Below are positions 1 through 8,948 of a DNA stretch of 54,102 nucleotides, piece by piece (within the stretch, counting starts at the first letter, position 1; the number at the start of each line of letters is the position of its first letter). Origin of the DNA: Candidatus Deferrimicrobiaceae bacterium (GTDB lineage: Bacteria; Desulfobacterota; Deferrimicrobia; Deferrimicrobiales; Deferrimicrobiaceae); contig JBAULH010000068.1 of assembly GCA_049578085.1 (NCBI GenBank), forward strand, positions 1 through 54,102. The letters run 5' to 3'. The position numbers and the translations under genes were made by a program. The notes below the pieces were generated by a model. It was given only the letters and a program-made list of their open reading frames with translations, searched no databases and was not told the DNA's origin.

Positions 1-114
1 GTTTCGGGTTGTGCGTGGAGGTATCCGGGGAGAAGGAGATCGTGCTGCGCAAGCAGATCGTGGAACGGGTTCTCTCCTTCGAGCGGGAGGAGCCCGAGTT
101 CCTTGCGGAGTGGG
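1..114. repeat. Copy 1 of a 114-bp perfect direct repeat (identical to 2603..2716)
   Basis: Aligned by eye: gtttcgggttgtgcgtggaggtatccgggg...ccttgcggagtggg is identical in both places. The first mismatch is at 115 (a) versus 2717 (g). Confidence 0.9.
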
Positions 115-1568
115 AAAACGAGGATCGGAACGTCCTTTCCCGGGTGCAGGAGGGGCGGGTCCGGCTGCCTGGCATCCCGATACCCGACCGGATCCTGAAG
201 ACGGTGACGGAGGCAGCCGCCGCACTCGGCGTGGCGGGGCACCGCGGGGACATCGCGATCCTGAAGAGTGCCCGGGCGCTTGCCGCCTTGCGGGGAGGGA
301 GCGACCTCGTAGCGGGCGACCTGAAAGACGCCATCCGTCTCGCCCTGCCGCATCGAATCCCGAGAAGCGGGGTCAGCGACCGCGTCGCGCGCCGCGTGGA
401 GCGCCTCCTATCCTGGGCGTTTCCCGGGGAGATGAAGGAGGAGGACCGCGAGCCGTTCGTTCCCCTCCCGGACACGCCCCACGGAATGAAGCGGGCCGGT
501 GTCGTATTTCGCACCCCGACCCACTCGGACGAGGAACTGGAGCGGCAGGCGATCGAGCAGGCGATGGCGGCAAGAAGACGCAGCGAACAGGCAGGCGCGT
601 CGCGGGCGGCATCGCCTTCCACGTGCGGCGATCCCGACTGTGACATCTGCCAGGGGTTCGTCGAGGAGACCATCATCGCGCCTTCCGCACCCTACCAGGT
701 CCGTAAGATCGTGGTTCCGAAAGGGAGGAAGCTGCTCGACGCCGCGGGGAAGCGCAGCCGGGCGAAGACCGCGAGCGCCCGCGGGCGATACGTCCGGAGC
801 GGGCCGTGGAAAAAGGGACGCGACGTCGCCATGGACGCCACCCTGTTCACCGCGGCGGCCAACGGCCACGTAGAGCGGGAGACGGGCCGGGTCAGGATCG
901 CGGTGGGGGACCTGCGTGGGAAGAGGCGGGAGCGCAAGGTGGGGAATCTGATCCTCGTGCTCCTCGACGCCTCGGCGTCGATGGAGACGCAGAAGAGGAT
1001 GGTGGCCACAAAGGGAGCGGTGCTGTCGCTCTTGCGGGACGCCTACGTGAAGAGGGACCGGGTGGGTCTCATCGCCTTCCGGGACACGGTCGCGGAGGTG
1101 GTGGTGCCGCCCACGGGCAGCGCCTCGATGGCCGCGATGCAGCTCACCTGGCTTGCTTCCGGCGGCACGACGCCGCTTTCGATCGGGATATACGCCGCGG
1201 TAAAAACGCTCGAGATCGAACAGGTCCGGGACCCCGGGCGCAAACCGCTCCTGGTGCTGATCACCGACGGGCGGGCCAACGTGGCGTATGTGGGGGGGGA
1301 ACCGCTCGATGAGGCGGTACGCATGGGGAAGGTCCTCCGCAACATGGGCGTCACCTCGCTGGTCATCGATACGGATCGTATGATGATGGGGCCGGCGGCG
1401 CTGCGGGCCTCGATGGAGTCGACCGAGAAGAGGAAGAAGACGAAGGGGATCTTCTCCGGAGGGCCGGCGAAGACCGTCGCCGACGCGATGGGGGCGAAGT
1501 ACCTGTCCCTTGCGGAGATGAGCCAGGCCGCCATCCTGGCGGCGATCCGCGCGCGGGCGATCATCTGA
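1..1568 (+). CDS. ChlD/BchD-like chelatase subunit (AAA+ lid region plus C-terminal vWA domain); the 5' end lies outside the window
   Basis: The frame is open from base 3; track ORF 9..1568 only starts at an internal TTG. The N-terminal part parallels the lid of the ChlI-like gene downstream (GVAGHRGDIAILKSARALAAL...LPHRI). An acidic/Pro-rich linker follows, then a vWA domain with MIDAS DxSxS (LILVLLDASASM, GGTTPL, LVLITDGRAN). Confidence 0.8.
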   Translation, partial: FGLCVEVSGEKEIVLRKQIVERVLSFEREEPEFLAEWENEDRNVLSRVQEGRVRLPGIPIPDRILKTVTEAAAALGVAGHRGDIAILKSARALAALRGGSDLVAGDLKDAIRLALPHRIPRSGVSDRVARRVERLLSWAFPGEMKEEDREPFVPLPDTPHGMKRAGVVFRTPTHSDEELERQAIEQAMAARRRSEQAGASRAASPSTCGDPDCDICQGFVEETIIAPSAPYQVRKIVVPKGRKLLDAAGKRSRAKTASARGRYVRSGPWKKGRDVAMDATLFTAAANGHVERETGRVRIAVGDLRGKRRERKVGNLILVLLDASASMETQKRMVATKGAVLSLLRDAYVKRDRVGLIAFRDTVAEVVVPPTGSASMAAMQLTWLASGGTTPLSIGIYAAVKTLEIEQVRDPGRKPLLVLITDGRANVAYVGGEPLDEAVRMGKVLRNMGVTSLVIDTDRMMMGPAALRASMESTEKRKKTKGIFSGGPAKTVADAMGAKYLSLAEMSQAAILAAIRARAII

Positions 1569-1624
1569 GGGAGCCCCCGGTGCGGGATATCCTGCACGAA
1601 GGAGCGGAACCCGGGGAGGAGCGA

Positions 1625-2014
1625 ATGGAACCGAGAATGTCGATAGGCCGAAGGACGATCGAGGAGAGGTACGGGCCGATCGGGACGGGGAACAAGGTTC
1701 TGTTCCTTCAGGGCGTTCCGATGTCGCTCCGGAAAGTATCCCGGAAACTCATGATGGAGTACGAGGACCTGATCCCGATCGACGGCGGGACGATTCCCGA
1801 CGACCGGTACTGGATCCGTTTCTACGAGGGGGAACAGCGCAAGGTCGTTGTCATCGAATTCACCCGGGAGTTCGACATCGTGGGAGAGAACGGGGCGGAC
1901 ATCATGGACTGGCTCGGCGACGACTATTTCCGGATCCACTGGCGGGCCTTCTGCCCCGCGGGCGGGGAGGAGTGGCTGGGCGCCGACATGGCGAAGACGA
2001 AGAAGGGGGGATAA
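1625..2014 (+). CDS. Hypothetical protein (about 129 aa) between the two chelatase-like genes
   Basis: Part of track ORF 1580..2014. The ATG at 1625 is preceded by GGGGAGGAG. Codon usage is GC3-rich like the neighbours. The stop lies 2 nt before the GTG of the next gene. No family recognised (YWIRFYEGEQRKVVVIEF...DYFRIHWRAFCP). Confidence 0.55.
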   Translation: MEPRMSIGRRTIEERYGPIGTGNKVLFLQGVPMSLRKVSRKLMMEYEDLIPIDGGTIPDDRYWIRFYEGEQRKVVVIEFTREFDIVGENGADIMDWLGDDYFRIHWRAFCPAGGEEWLGADMAKTKKGG

Positions 2015-2016
2015 CG

Positions 2017-3051
2017 GTGCGTCTGTTTCCGTTCAGCGCGATCGTGGGCCAGGATCTGCTGAAGAAGGGCCTGCTGGTGAACGCGGTGGACCCCACGATC
2101 GGGGGTGTCCTGATCCGGGGGGAGAAGGGCACGGGGAAAACGACGGCGGTTCGCGCGTTTTCCGCGGTTCTCCCGTCGAAGGAGACGGTTGCGGGCTGCC
2201 GTTTCGGGTGTTTGCGGGGCGTTACGCTTTGCGGGGAGTGCCGGTCCCGGGAGGCATCCGGGGGGGTTCTCGTCTACGAGGAGCGCCCGGTGGAGGTGGT
2301 GGACCTTCCGCTGAACGCCTCGGAGGACCGGGTGGTGGGGAGCCTGGACCTGGAGGCGGCTTTGCGGGAGGGTTCGAAGAAGTTCGAGATGGGGGTATTG
2401 GGGAAGGCGAACGGGAACCTGTTGTACATCGACGAGGTGAACCTTCTGGACGACCACGTGGTGGACGTTTTGCTGGACGTCGCGGTATCGGGGCGAAACG
2501 TGGTGATGCGGGAGGGGGTGACGTACTCTCACCCGTCGCGGTTTTTGCTGGTGGGGACGATGAACCCGGAGGAGGGGGAGCTTCGCCCGCAGCTGTTGGA
2601 CCGTTTCGGGTTGTGCGTGGAGGTATCCGGGGAGAAGGAGATCGTGCTGCGCAAGCAGATCGTGGAACGGGTTCTCTCCTTCGAGCGGGAGGAGCCCGAG
2701 TTCCTTGCGGAGTGGGGCGAAAAGGACAAGGCCCTCCGGGAACAGCTCGTATCGGCCCGTCGGACGCTTCCCTCCGTGCGCGTGTCCGACGACGTCCTGC
2801 ATGCGGTGGTGGAGGTGGTCTCGGAGCTTGGGGTCGCCGGGCACCGCGGGGACATCACCATACTTAAGAGCGCGAAGGCCCTTGCGGCGATCAAGGGGAT
2901 CGAGGTCCCCGACGAGGAGTGTCTGGCGGAGGCTTTCCGGATGTCGCTTCCCCACCGGCTCAAGGAGGATCCGTTCGAGGAGACGGCGACAGGCCGCCGC
3001 CGGCTCGACGGCGTGCTTGCCCGCTTCAACGTCCAGGGCCAGGGGCGATGA
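2017..3051 (+). CDS. ChlI/BchI-family AAA+ ATPase (Mg-chelatase subunit I-like)
   Basis: VRLFPFSAIVGQDLLKKGLL is a typical ChlI N-terminus, so a GTG start at 2017 is likely. It has Walker A GEKGTGKTT, Walker B LLYIDEVNLL and sensor VGTMNPEEGELRPQLLDRF. A 4-Cys insert is present (GCRFGCLRGVTLCGEC). Confidence 0.85.
   Translation: MRLFPFSAIVGQDLLKKGLLVNAVDPTIGGVLIRGEKGTGKTTAVRAFSAVLPSKETVAGCRFGCLRGVTLCGECRSREASGGVLVYEERPVEVVDLPLNASEDRVVGSLDLEAALREGSKKFEMGVLGKANGNLLYIDEVNLLDDHVVDVLLDVAVSGRNVVMREGVTYSHPSRFLLVGTMNPEEGELRPQLLDRFGLCVEVSGEKEIVLRKQIVERVLSFEREEPEFLAEWGEKDKALREQLVSARRTLPSVRVSDDVLHAVVEVVSELGVAGHRGDITILKSAKALAAIKGIEVPDEECLAEAFRMSLPHRLKEDPFEETATGRRRLDGVLARFNVQGQGR
2603..2716. repeat. Copy 2 of the 114-bp perfect direct repeat (identical to 1..114)
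   Basis: See copy 1. It lies in frame inside the ChlI-like gene (codons RFGLCVEVSGEKE...FLAEW). Confidence 0.9.
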
Positions 3052-3058
3052 CCTTCCC

Positions 3059-3520
3059 ATGAAGCCGCGAACGCCTGACTTCGCCGGGAAGGTACGGGAG
3101 ATCTTTCACCAGGCTGCCTTCATAGACGACCTGGGGGTACGGCTCGGCGACCTGGGGCCGGGCTGGTGCGAGTCCACGCTGGAAGTTACCCCGAAACACA
3201 GGCAGCAGGACGGATTCGTCCACGCGGGCGTGCAGGCCACGATGGCCGACCACACCGCCGGTGGAGCAGCGGCAACGCTTGCCGCGGAAGGGGAGCTCGT
3301 CCTGACCGTCGAGTTCAAGATCAACTTCCTGCGGCCCGCGCTGGGAGAACGTCTCCGTTGCCGTGCGGCGGTCCTGAGGCAGGGAAGGACCCTCAACGTG
3401 GCGGAGTCGGAGGTCTACGCGCAGCGCGACGGGAACGAGAAGCTGGTGGCCAAGGCGATGGTCACTCTGGCGCTGGTACCTGCGGCGCCCATACCGTCCG
3501 GTCAAGGGAGAGGAACATGA
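3059..3520 (+). CDS. PaaI-family (hotdog fold) thioesterase
   Basis: C-terminal part of track ORF 2705..3520, starting at the ATG at 3059. Motifs: DGFVHAGVQATMADHTAGGAA and LTVEFKINFLRPA, typical of PaaI/4HBT-type hotdog thioesterases. Confidence 0.8.
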   Translation: MKPRTPDFAGKVREIFHQAAFIDDLGVRLGDLGPGWCESTLEVTPKHRQQDGFVHAGVQATMADHTAGGAAATLAAEGELVLTVEFKINFLRPALGERLRCRAAVLRQGRTLNVAESEVYAQRDGNEKLVAKAMVTLALVPAAPIPSGQGRGT

Positions 3521-4404
3521 AAGAGGACGGGCGCTGGACGGCCGTGTTGACGAGACTGGAGGGGATTTTGGACAGGGCCGGACGACTCTTGGATGGCTTG
3601 GGCCCATCCCTTTCCCCCGACCCGACCGCCTTCGAGAGATATTGGGCTTTCCGCTGGGAGAAGCACGGAACGATCGAAAAGCTCGCGCCGATCGTGCATC
3701 CCCACCTGGTGGACCTCGATGATCTGGTGGGAATCGACGACGCCAAAGAGGTTCTGCTCCGGAACACGGCGCAGTTCGTGGCCGGCAACCCGGCGAATGA
3801 CGTCCTCCTTTGGGGAGAACGGGGAAACGGGAAGTCGTCATGCATCAAGGGGCTCATGAAGCGGTTCGCTCCCGGCGGCCTGCGGCTCGTGGAGGTCAGG
3901 CGCTGGGACATGCTGAGCCTGCCCGCCCTCGCAGCGATGCTTCGGGACGTACCGTTCCGGTTCGTCGTATTCTGCGACGACCTCTCCTTCGGGGAACGGG
4001 AGGACGACTACCGGGTCTTGAAGACTTTACTCGACGGCGGCCTCGAAGAGCGGCCGGCCAACGTTCTGATCTATGCGACCTCCAACCGGCGGCATCTGAT
4101 GCCGGAACCGATGTCCGACAACACAGGCGTTGAGGAGATCCACCCGGAGGAGGCCGTGTCGGAAAAGCTCGGCTTGGCCGACCGGTTCGGGGTGCGGCTG
4201 GGATTCCCCCGCTTCGACCAGGAGCGGTATCTTGCCGTGGTCGATCAACTCGCGTCGCGATTCGGTCTCCCCGTGGACCGGGAGCGGCTGCACGAGGAGG
4301 CCCTCCGCTGGGCAATGGACAACGGGCATCGCAGCGGCCGCGTCGCGCGGCAGTTCATCGACGATCTGGCCGGCCGGCTCCGCACCACACGGACCCGGGG
4401 GTAG
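3517..4404 (+). CDS. DUF815-family AAA ATPase
   Basis: The ATG at 3517 overlaps the previous stop (ATGA). Walker A LLWGERGNGKSS, Walker B-like FVVFCDDLSF, and ATSNRRHL. Overall resemblance to DUF815 ATP-binding proteins. Confidence 0.8.
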   Translation: MKEDGRWTAVLTRLEGILDRAGRLLDGLGPSLSPDPTAFERYWAFRWEKHGTIEKLAPIVHPHLVDLDDLVGIDDAKEVLLRNTAQFVAGNPANDVLLWGERGNGKSSCIKGLMKRFAPGGLRLVEVRRWDMLSLPALAAMLRDVPFRFVVFCDDLSFGEREDDYRVLKTLLDGGLEERPANVLIYATSNRRHLMPEPMSDNTGVEEIHPEEAVSEKLGLADRFGVRLGFPRFDQERYLAVVDQLASRFGLPVDRERLHEEALRWAMDNGHRSGRVARQFIDDLAGRLRTTRTRG

Positions 4405-4518
4405 CGAGGGAACTTTCTCCTACCCGTCCCGCTCCGGCGCGCACGTTGCAGGGTCGATCTCCGGGCGTCCGGGCCACCGACCGGACGAACCCGACCGGAG
4501 GGAGGCGGAACGGATTCG

Positions 4519-5292
4519 TCATCCGGCGTACACCTCCTGCCGAATCCGGTTCTTCCCGCTGTGTTTCGCCTGGTACATGAGATTGTCGGCTTGCAGGATC
4601 ATGGAATCCACCGAGTCCGGGGGGGAGAGGTAGATCACCGCTCCCACGCTCAACGTAACCGGCGACTCCGCTTCCTGCAGGGAGCTCGTTACCTTGTCCC
4701 GAAGCTTGTCCAGCACGGCGCGGGCGGATTCCTGACCTGTCTCCGGGAGAAGAAGGACGAACTCGTCGCCGCCGACCCGCGCGAAGATGTCGGTGGTCCG
4801 AAGGTTCTTCTGGATGATATCCGTCATCAGACGCAGGAGATTGTCCCCCGCGCTGTGCCCGAAACGGTCGTTGACCGCCTTGAAGTTGTCCAGGTCGACG
4901 TAGGCTAGGGTGAATGGCCGGCCGTACCTTCGGGACCGATCGATTTCGGTGCGAGCGCGTTCCTGGAACGCTCTGGCGTTCGCTGCGCCGGTCAGGGGAT
5001 CCACTCCGGACAGGATCCTCTCGCTCTCCAGCGCCGATTTCAGCCGGGACATGATGATGAGCACGATGAGGAAGAATCCGAATCGGACCATCATGTTCCA
5101 GTAGGGGATTGCGGGATGGGAGTAACGATGCCCTCCGAAAAGGTCCGCCGCAAGCCAGGAGATCGCGCCGATCACCGCAAAGAAAAGCCCCGTACTCCTT
5201 CCCACAAACCATGTCGTAACGGCAACGGGGAGCAGGTAGAAGATCGAGAAGCTGATCTCCTCCCCGGTGGCGTAATCGGTGAGCCCGATCAT
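4519..5292 (-). CDS. Membrane-anchored diguanylate cyclase (GGDEF domain, intact A-site and I-site)
   Basis: Hydrophobic N-terminal segments, then DPLTGAANARAF, YVDLDNFKAVND, RTTD-x5-GGDEF and MYQAKHSGKNR. Confidence 0.85.
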   Translation of the reverse strand: MIGLTDYATGEEISFSIFYLLPVAVTTWFVGRSTGLFFAVIGAISWLAADLFGGHRYSHPAIPYWNMMVRFGFFLIVLIIMSRLKSALESERILSGVDPLTGAANARAFQERARTEIDRSRRYGRPFTLAYVDLDNFKAVNDRFGHSAGDNLLRLMTDIIQKNLRTTDIFARVGGDEFVLLLPETGQESARAVLDKLRDKVTSSLQEAESPVTLSVGAVIYLSPPDSVDSMILQADNLMYQAKHSGKNRIRQEVYAG

Positions 5293-5397
5293 AAGAACGA
5301 CGATGATCCCGGCAAGAAACTAGGCGGGGCGGGACAGCCTGGCGGAAAACGCCGTTGTGGTCGTCACGTCGGGAGGACCACCCCGGCCCGCTTCCAT

Positions 5398-5682
5398 TCA
5401 GTTGATCCCGATCTTTCCCTGCGGGGCCTCGGCGGCCCGGATCGGGCCGAAGGCCGCCTCGTACTTTGCGAGATTTTCCTGGAGCGCGGCCACCACCCGC
5501 TTGACATGTCCCGGCGAGAGGATGACCCGGGCGATGACGGTCCCCGTCGGCGGTGCGACCATCAGGAAATCGAGGAAGAACTCCTCCCGGGTATGCGCCA
5601 CGATCATGTTGTTGGAGTATACACCGCCGCGTAAATGCTCGGGGAAAGCAACCTGGATCTCGACCGGTTTCTCGTTCGCCAT
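5398..5682 (-). CDS. DUF3467-family small protein
   Basis: 94-aa ORF with GGVYSNNMIVAHTREEFFLDFL, characteristic of DUF3467. Confidence 0.7.
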   Translation of the reverse strand: MANEKPVEIQVAFPEHLRGGVYSNNMIVAHTREEFFLDFLMVAPPTGTVIARVILSPGHVKRVVAALQENLAKYEAAFGPIRAAEAPQGKIGIN

Positions 5683-5701
5683 CGGCTCCTCCCGTTTCGC
5701 T

Positions 5702-6832
5702 TTAGTAGAGTTCGTATTTCAGCAGCCGGCAGTCGATCGGGCCGTTCATCAGCGGGATCCGGCGCGATGCTTTCAGCCCGATGAACCGGGTCACCTCCGG
5801 GTTCCCGGAGAGAACCCAGGCGGTCCAGCCCCGGCATCGTTTCTTGAACGCTTCCCCCATCGCTCGGTAGAACGCCTCGGCCTCCGGTTCCCCCGGAATC
5901 CGCACCCCGTAGGGGGGGTTGCACAGGATCGTCCCAGTCGGCCCTTCCGGGGCGAACTCCCGGATATCGAGGGGGCGGAACCGAACGGCACCCAAAACGC
6001 CGGCGCGTCGGGCGTTCCGCAGTGCGCCCCGGACCGCTTCTCCGGAACGGTCGGATCCCTCGATCTGCGATGGGGGAGTCGCCTGCGCCTGCTCCCGCGC
6101 CTCGGCGACCATCCTCTCCCACGCTTCCCGATCATACCCGGCCAGGCGCTGGAACCCGAAGGAGGATCGTAATAGCCCCGGTGCCCGGCCGGTGGCCAGG
6201 AGCGCCGCCTCAATGGGGATCGTCCCGGCTCCGCATGCCGGGTCGACGAGGGGGGTGTTCCCGTTCCAACCGGTCAGGAGAACCATCCCGGCGGCGAGCG
6301 TCTCCCGGAGCGAAGTTTCTTCCGGGTCGCCCCGGTATCCCCGCTGGTTCAGGCTTTCCCCGGACAGGTCCAGCGAAAGGGTGCAGGCATCCCGCACGAT
6401 CCGCAGATGGATCCGCACATCCGGAGCGAGCAGGTCGACATCGGGTCGGGCTCCGCACGTTTCCCGGAACCGGTCCGCGACCGCATCCTTTGCTTTCTGG
6501 GCAGCGAAGCGGGAATGGGTTATCCCTGAGTCGCGCACGGTTGCGTCGAAGGCGATCGATTTGTTGACCGAAAAGATCTCCGGCCAGGGGATGGCCTTCA
6601 CACCCTCGTAGAGGGCGGCTGGCGTGGGGGCCGCAAAATCCGACAGGAAAAGGAGAACGCGGTTTGCCGTCCGCAGCCTTAGGTTTGCGCGGTAGCCCAG
6701 CGCGGTGTCCCCGGAAAAGGAAACACCTCCCGTTACCGCCGCGATCTCCTTTCCTCCCAGGGTCCGGATCTCCCCTGCCAGAACGGTCTCGAGTCCCTTG
6801 CTCGTTGTGGCGAAGTACCGGCGTGTCGACAT
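5702..6832 (-). CDS. THUMP-domain class I SAM-dependent RNA methyltransferase (RlmL/RlmK-like)
   Basis: N-terminal ferredoxin-like/THUMP region (YFATTSKGLE...YRANLRLRTANRVL). The methyltransferase core carries DPACGAGT and ILCNPPYG. Confidence 0.8.
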   Translation of the reverse strand: MSTRRYFATTSKGLETVLAGEIRTLGGKEIAAVTGGVSFSGDTALGYRANLRLRTANRVLLFLSDFAAPTPAALYEGVKAIPWPEIFSVNKSIAFDATVRDSGITHSRFAAQKAKDAVADRFRETCGARPDVDLLAPDVRIHLRIVRDACTLSLDLSGESLNQRGYRGDPEETSLRETLAAGMVLLTGWNGNTPLVDPACGAGTIPIEAALLATGRAPGLLRSSFGFQRLAGYDREAWERMVAEAREQAQATPPSQIEGSDRSGEAVRGALRNARRAGVLGAVRFRPLDIREFAPEGPTGTILCNPPYGVRIPGEPEAEAFYRAMGEAFKKRCRGWTAWVLSGNPEVTRFIGLKASRRIPLMNGPIDCRLLKYELY

Positions 6833-7037
6833 GTTTCCATCATACTCCCCCTAAGAACTCTTTCTCGCCTGCGGCGGGAGCCGCATCTGCGCGCCCCGTT
6901 GGGAGGGCGCCGTGATCGGCTCCGCGGCCTCGGAGGGGGCTCCGTTCGTGGCTCGCCGTGCGATGGACCCGCACGGCTGCGCTTAACCTCACTCCGCCCT
7001 CCTCCTTCGGCCTGCTCCGCCCATGACGCGCCCCGTT

Positions 7038-7083
7038 CAGCGAGCGGGCGTAGATCGCGAGCGTAGCGGAAGCCCCCCGCGAG
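7038..7083. repeat. Copy A (conserved core only) of the ~145-nt structured intergenic repeat family
   Basis: cagcgagcgggcgtagatcgcgagcgtagcggaagccccccgcgag matches the cores at 25654..25704 and 31092..31142. It lies in the 341-bp divergent rlmL-like/gatC intergenic region. Confidence 0.7.
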
Positions 7084-7173
7084 CCAGGGTCCCCGCAAAC
7101 ACCCATGGGAGAAGTGTCCCCCGCCCGCCGACCTGTGATACAGTGAAAACATCAAGAAAACAGGGGGATTTGG

Positions 7174-7464
7174 ATGGCGATTACCAGGGAAGAGGTGTTG
7201 CAGGTGGCCCGGCTCGCCCGGCTGGCGCTCTCCTCGGCCGAGGGGGACAAGATAAGAGAGCAGCTCGGCAGCATCCTCTCCTATATCCGGCAGCTCGACC
7301 GTCTCGACACCTCAGGAGTCGTGCCGACCTCCCACGCCATCGAGATGGGAACTCCCTTTCGCGACGACTCCGTCCATCCCTTCGGGGAGAAGGAGGAGAT
7401 TCTGAAGAACGCCCCCGACCGGGAAGAAGACTTCTTCCGCGTGCCCCGGATCATCGAGGACTAG
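7174..7464 (+). CDS. gatC: Asp-tRNA(Asn)/Glu-tRNA(Gln) amidotransferase subunit C
   Basis: 96 aa with [17 protein letters not shown]...[13 protein letters not shown]. It sits immediately upstream of gatA and gatB. Confidence 0.9.
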   Translation: MAITREEVLQVARLARLALSSAEGDKIREQLGSILSYIRQLDRLDTSGVVPTSHAIEMGTPFRDDSVHPFGEKEEILKNAPDREEDFFRVPRIIED

Positions 7465-7468
7465 CGCG

Positions 7469-8941
7469 ATGGCAGGCGTTCCCGTGCACGCATGGACCCT
7501 TCTGGAAGCTGCGCGGGCGATCCGCGAGAAAAAGATCTCCTCGCGGGAGCTCACCCGTGCATTGCTTTCCCGTATCGAACGGATCGACCCGAAGATCCGC
7601 GTCTACATCACGGTGCTCCCGGAGGCCGCGTTGCGGGAAGCGGCGGCCTGCGATGAAGAGCTCGCGGGGGGGCGTCTCCGGGGCCCGCTGCACGGGGTCC
7701 CCGTGGCGCTCAAGGACATTTTCTGCACAAAGGGGATCCGCACCACCTGCGGAAGCCGGATCCTCGGTGATTTCGACCCGCCGTACGATGCCACGGTCAC
7801 GAGGAAGATCCGGGAAGCGGGGGCGGTTCTCCTGGGGAAGCACAACATGGATGAGTTCGCGATGGGGTCCTCGACGGAGACGTCGTGGTTCGGCCCCACG
7901 CGCAACCCGTGGGCGACCGACAGGATACCCGGAGGTTCCTCCGGAGGGACGGCGGCCGCCGTGGCGGCAGGGACCTGTTTCGCCGGTGTGGGGACGGACA
8001 CCGGCGGCTCGATTCGCCAGCCCGCGTCCCTGTGCGGCGTCGTGGGGATGAAGCCGACTTACGGTCGTGTCTCCCGCTACGGAATGATCGCGTTCGCGTC
8101 CTCCCTGGACCAGGGAGGACCGATTGCCCGCTCCGTCCCGGATGCGGCAGTCGTCCTCGGGGTCATCGCGGGGCACGACCGGAGGGACTCCACATCGGTC
8201 GACATTCCGGTCCCGGACTTCCTCGCTGCGACAGAAAGGGACGTGAAGGGGATGCGGGTGGGGCTGCCGCGGGAGTATTTCGCGGGAGGGCTGGACGCGT
8301 TCGTCAGGGAGGCGGTGGAGAGAGCGCTGAAGGCGCTTCTCTCCCGGGGGGCCGAGGCGGTGGAGATTTCCCTCCCCCACACGGAGTACGCCCTCTCGAC
8401 GTATTACATCATCGCCCCCGCGGAAGCGTCCTCCAACCTCGCCCGGTACGACGGGGTCCGGTACGGCTTTCGGGCGGACGGAGGGACGGGGTTGATCGAG
8501 ATGATGTCCCGGACCCGCGGAGAGGGGTTCGGAGCGGAGGTCAAGCGGCGGATCATGATCGGGACCTATGTACTGTCCGCGGGGTACTACGAGGCGTATT
8601 ACGGGAAAGCGCAGAAGGTGCGCACGCTCCTTCGGCGGGACTTCACCGAGGCGTTCTCCGGGGTCGACGTGGTCCTGACCCCCACCGCCCCCACACCGGC
8701 TTTCCGCATCGGGGAAAAGGTGGACGACCCGCTGACCATGTACCTGTCGGACATCTACACGATCCCGTGCAATCTGGCGGGCATACCCGGGATCTCCGTG
8801 CCGTGCGGTATGTCGCCCGACGGACTTCCGATTGGAGCCCAGTTGCTGGGGAAGCATTTCGACGAAGAGGCGCTCTTTGCCGCCGCCGCCGCGATCGAGC
8901 GGGAGATTCCGCTGCCGCGGGTGGCGCCGCTGGAGGGATAA
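7469..8941 (+). CDS. gatA: Glutamyl-tRNA(Gln) amidotransferase subunit A
   Basis: Amidase signature ([26 protein letters not shown]), 490 aa, in gatCAB context. Confidence 0.95.
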   Translation: MAGVPVHAWTLLEAARAIREKKISSRELTRALLSRIERIDPKIRVYITVLPEAALREAAACDEELAGGRLRGPLHGVPVALKDIFCTKGIRTTCGSRILGDFDPPYDATVTRKIREAGAVLLGKHNMDEFAMGSSTETSWFGPTRNPWATDRIPGGSSGGTAAAVAAGTCFAGVGTDTGGSIRQPASLCGVVGMKPTYGRVSRYGMIAFASSLDQGGPIARSVPDAAVVLGVIAGHDRRDSTSVDIPVPDFLAATERDVKGMRVGLPREYFAGGLDAFVREAVERALKALLSRGAEAVEISLPHTEYALSTYYIIAPAEASSNLARYDGVRYGFRADGGTGLIEMMSRTRGEGFGAEVKRRIMIGTYVLSAGYYEAYYGKAQKVRTLLRRDFTEAFSGVDVVLTPTAPTPAFRIGEKVDDPLTMYLSDIYTIPCNLAGIPGISVPCGMSPDGLPIGAQLLGKHFDEEALFAAAAAIEREIPLPRVAPLEG

Positions 8942-8948
8942 TCCAAAG

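Noticed and set aside
1-4404. The AAA+/vWA pair as an anti-phage or MoxR-type stress system.
   Set aside because: The sequence motifs are specifically ChlI/ChlD-like, not MoxR/DUF58. No nuclease or effector genes are present. I kept it only as an orphan chelatase-like cluster.
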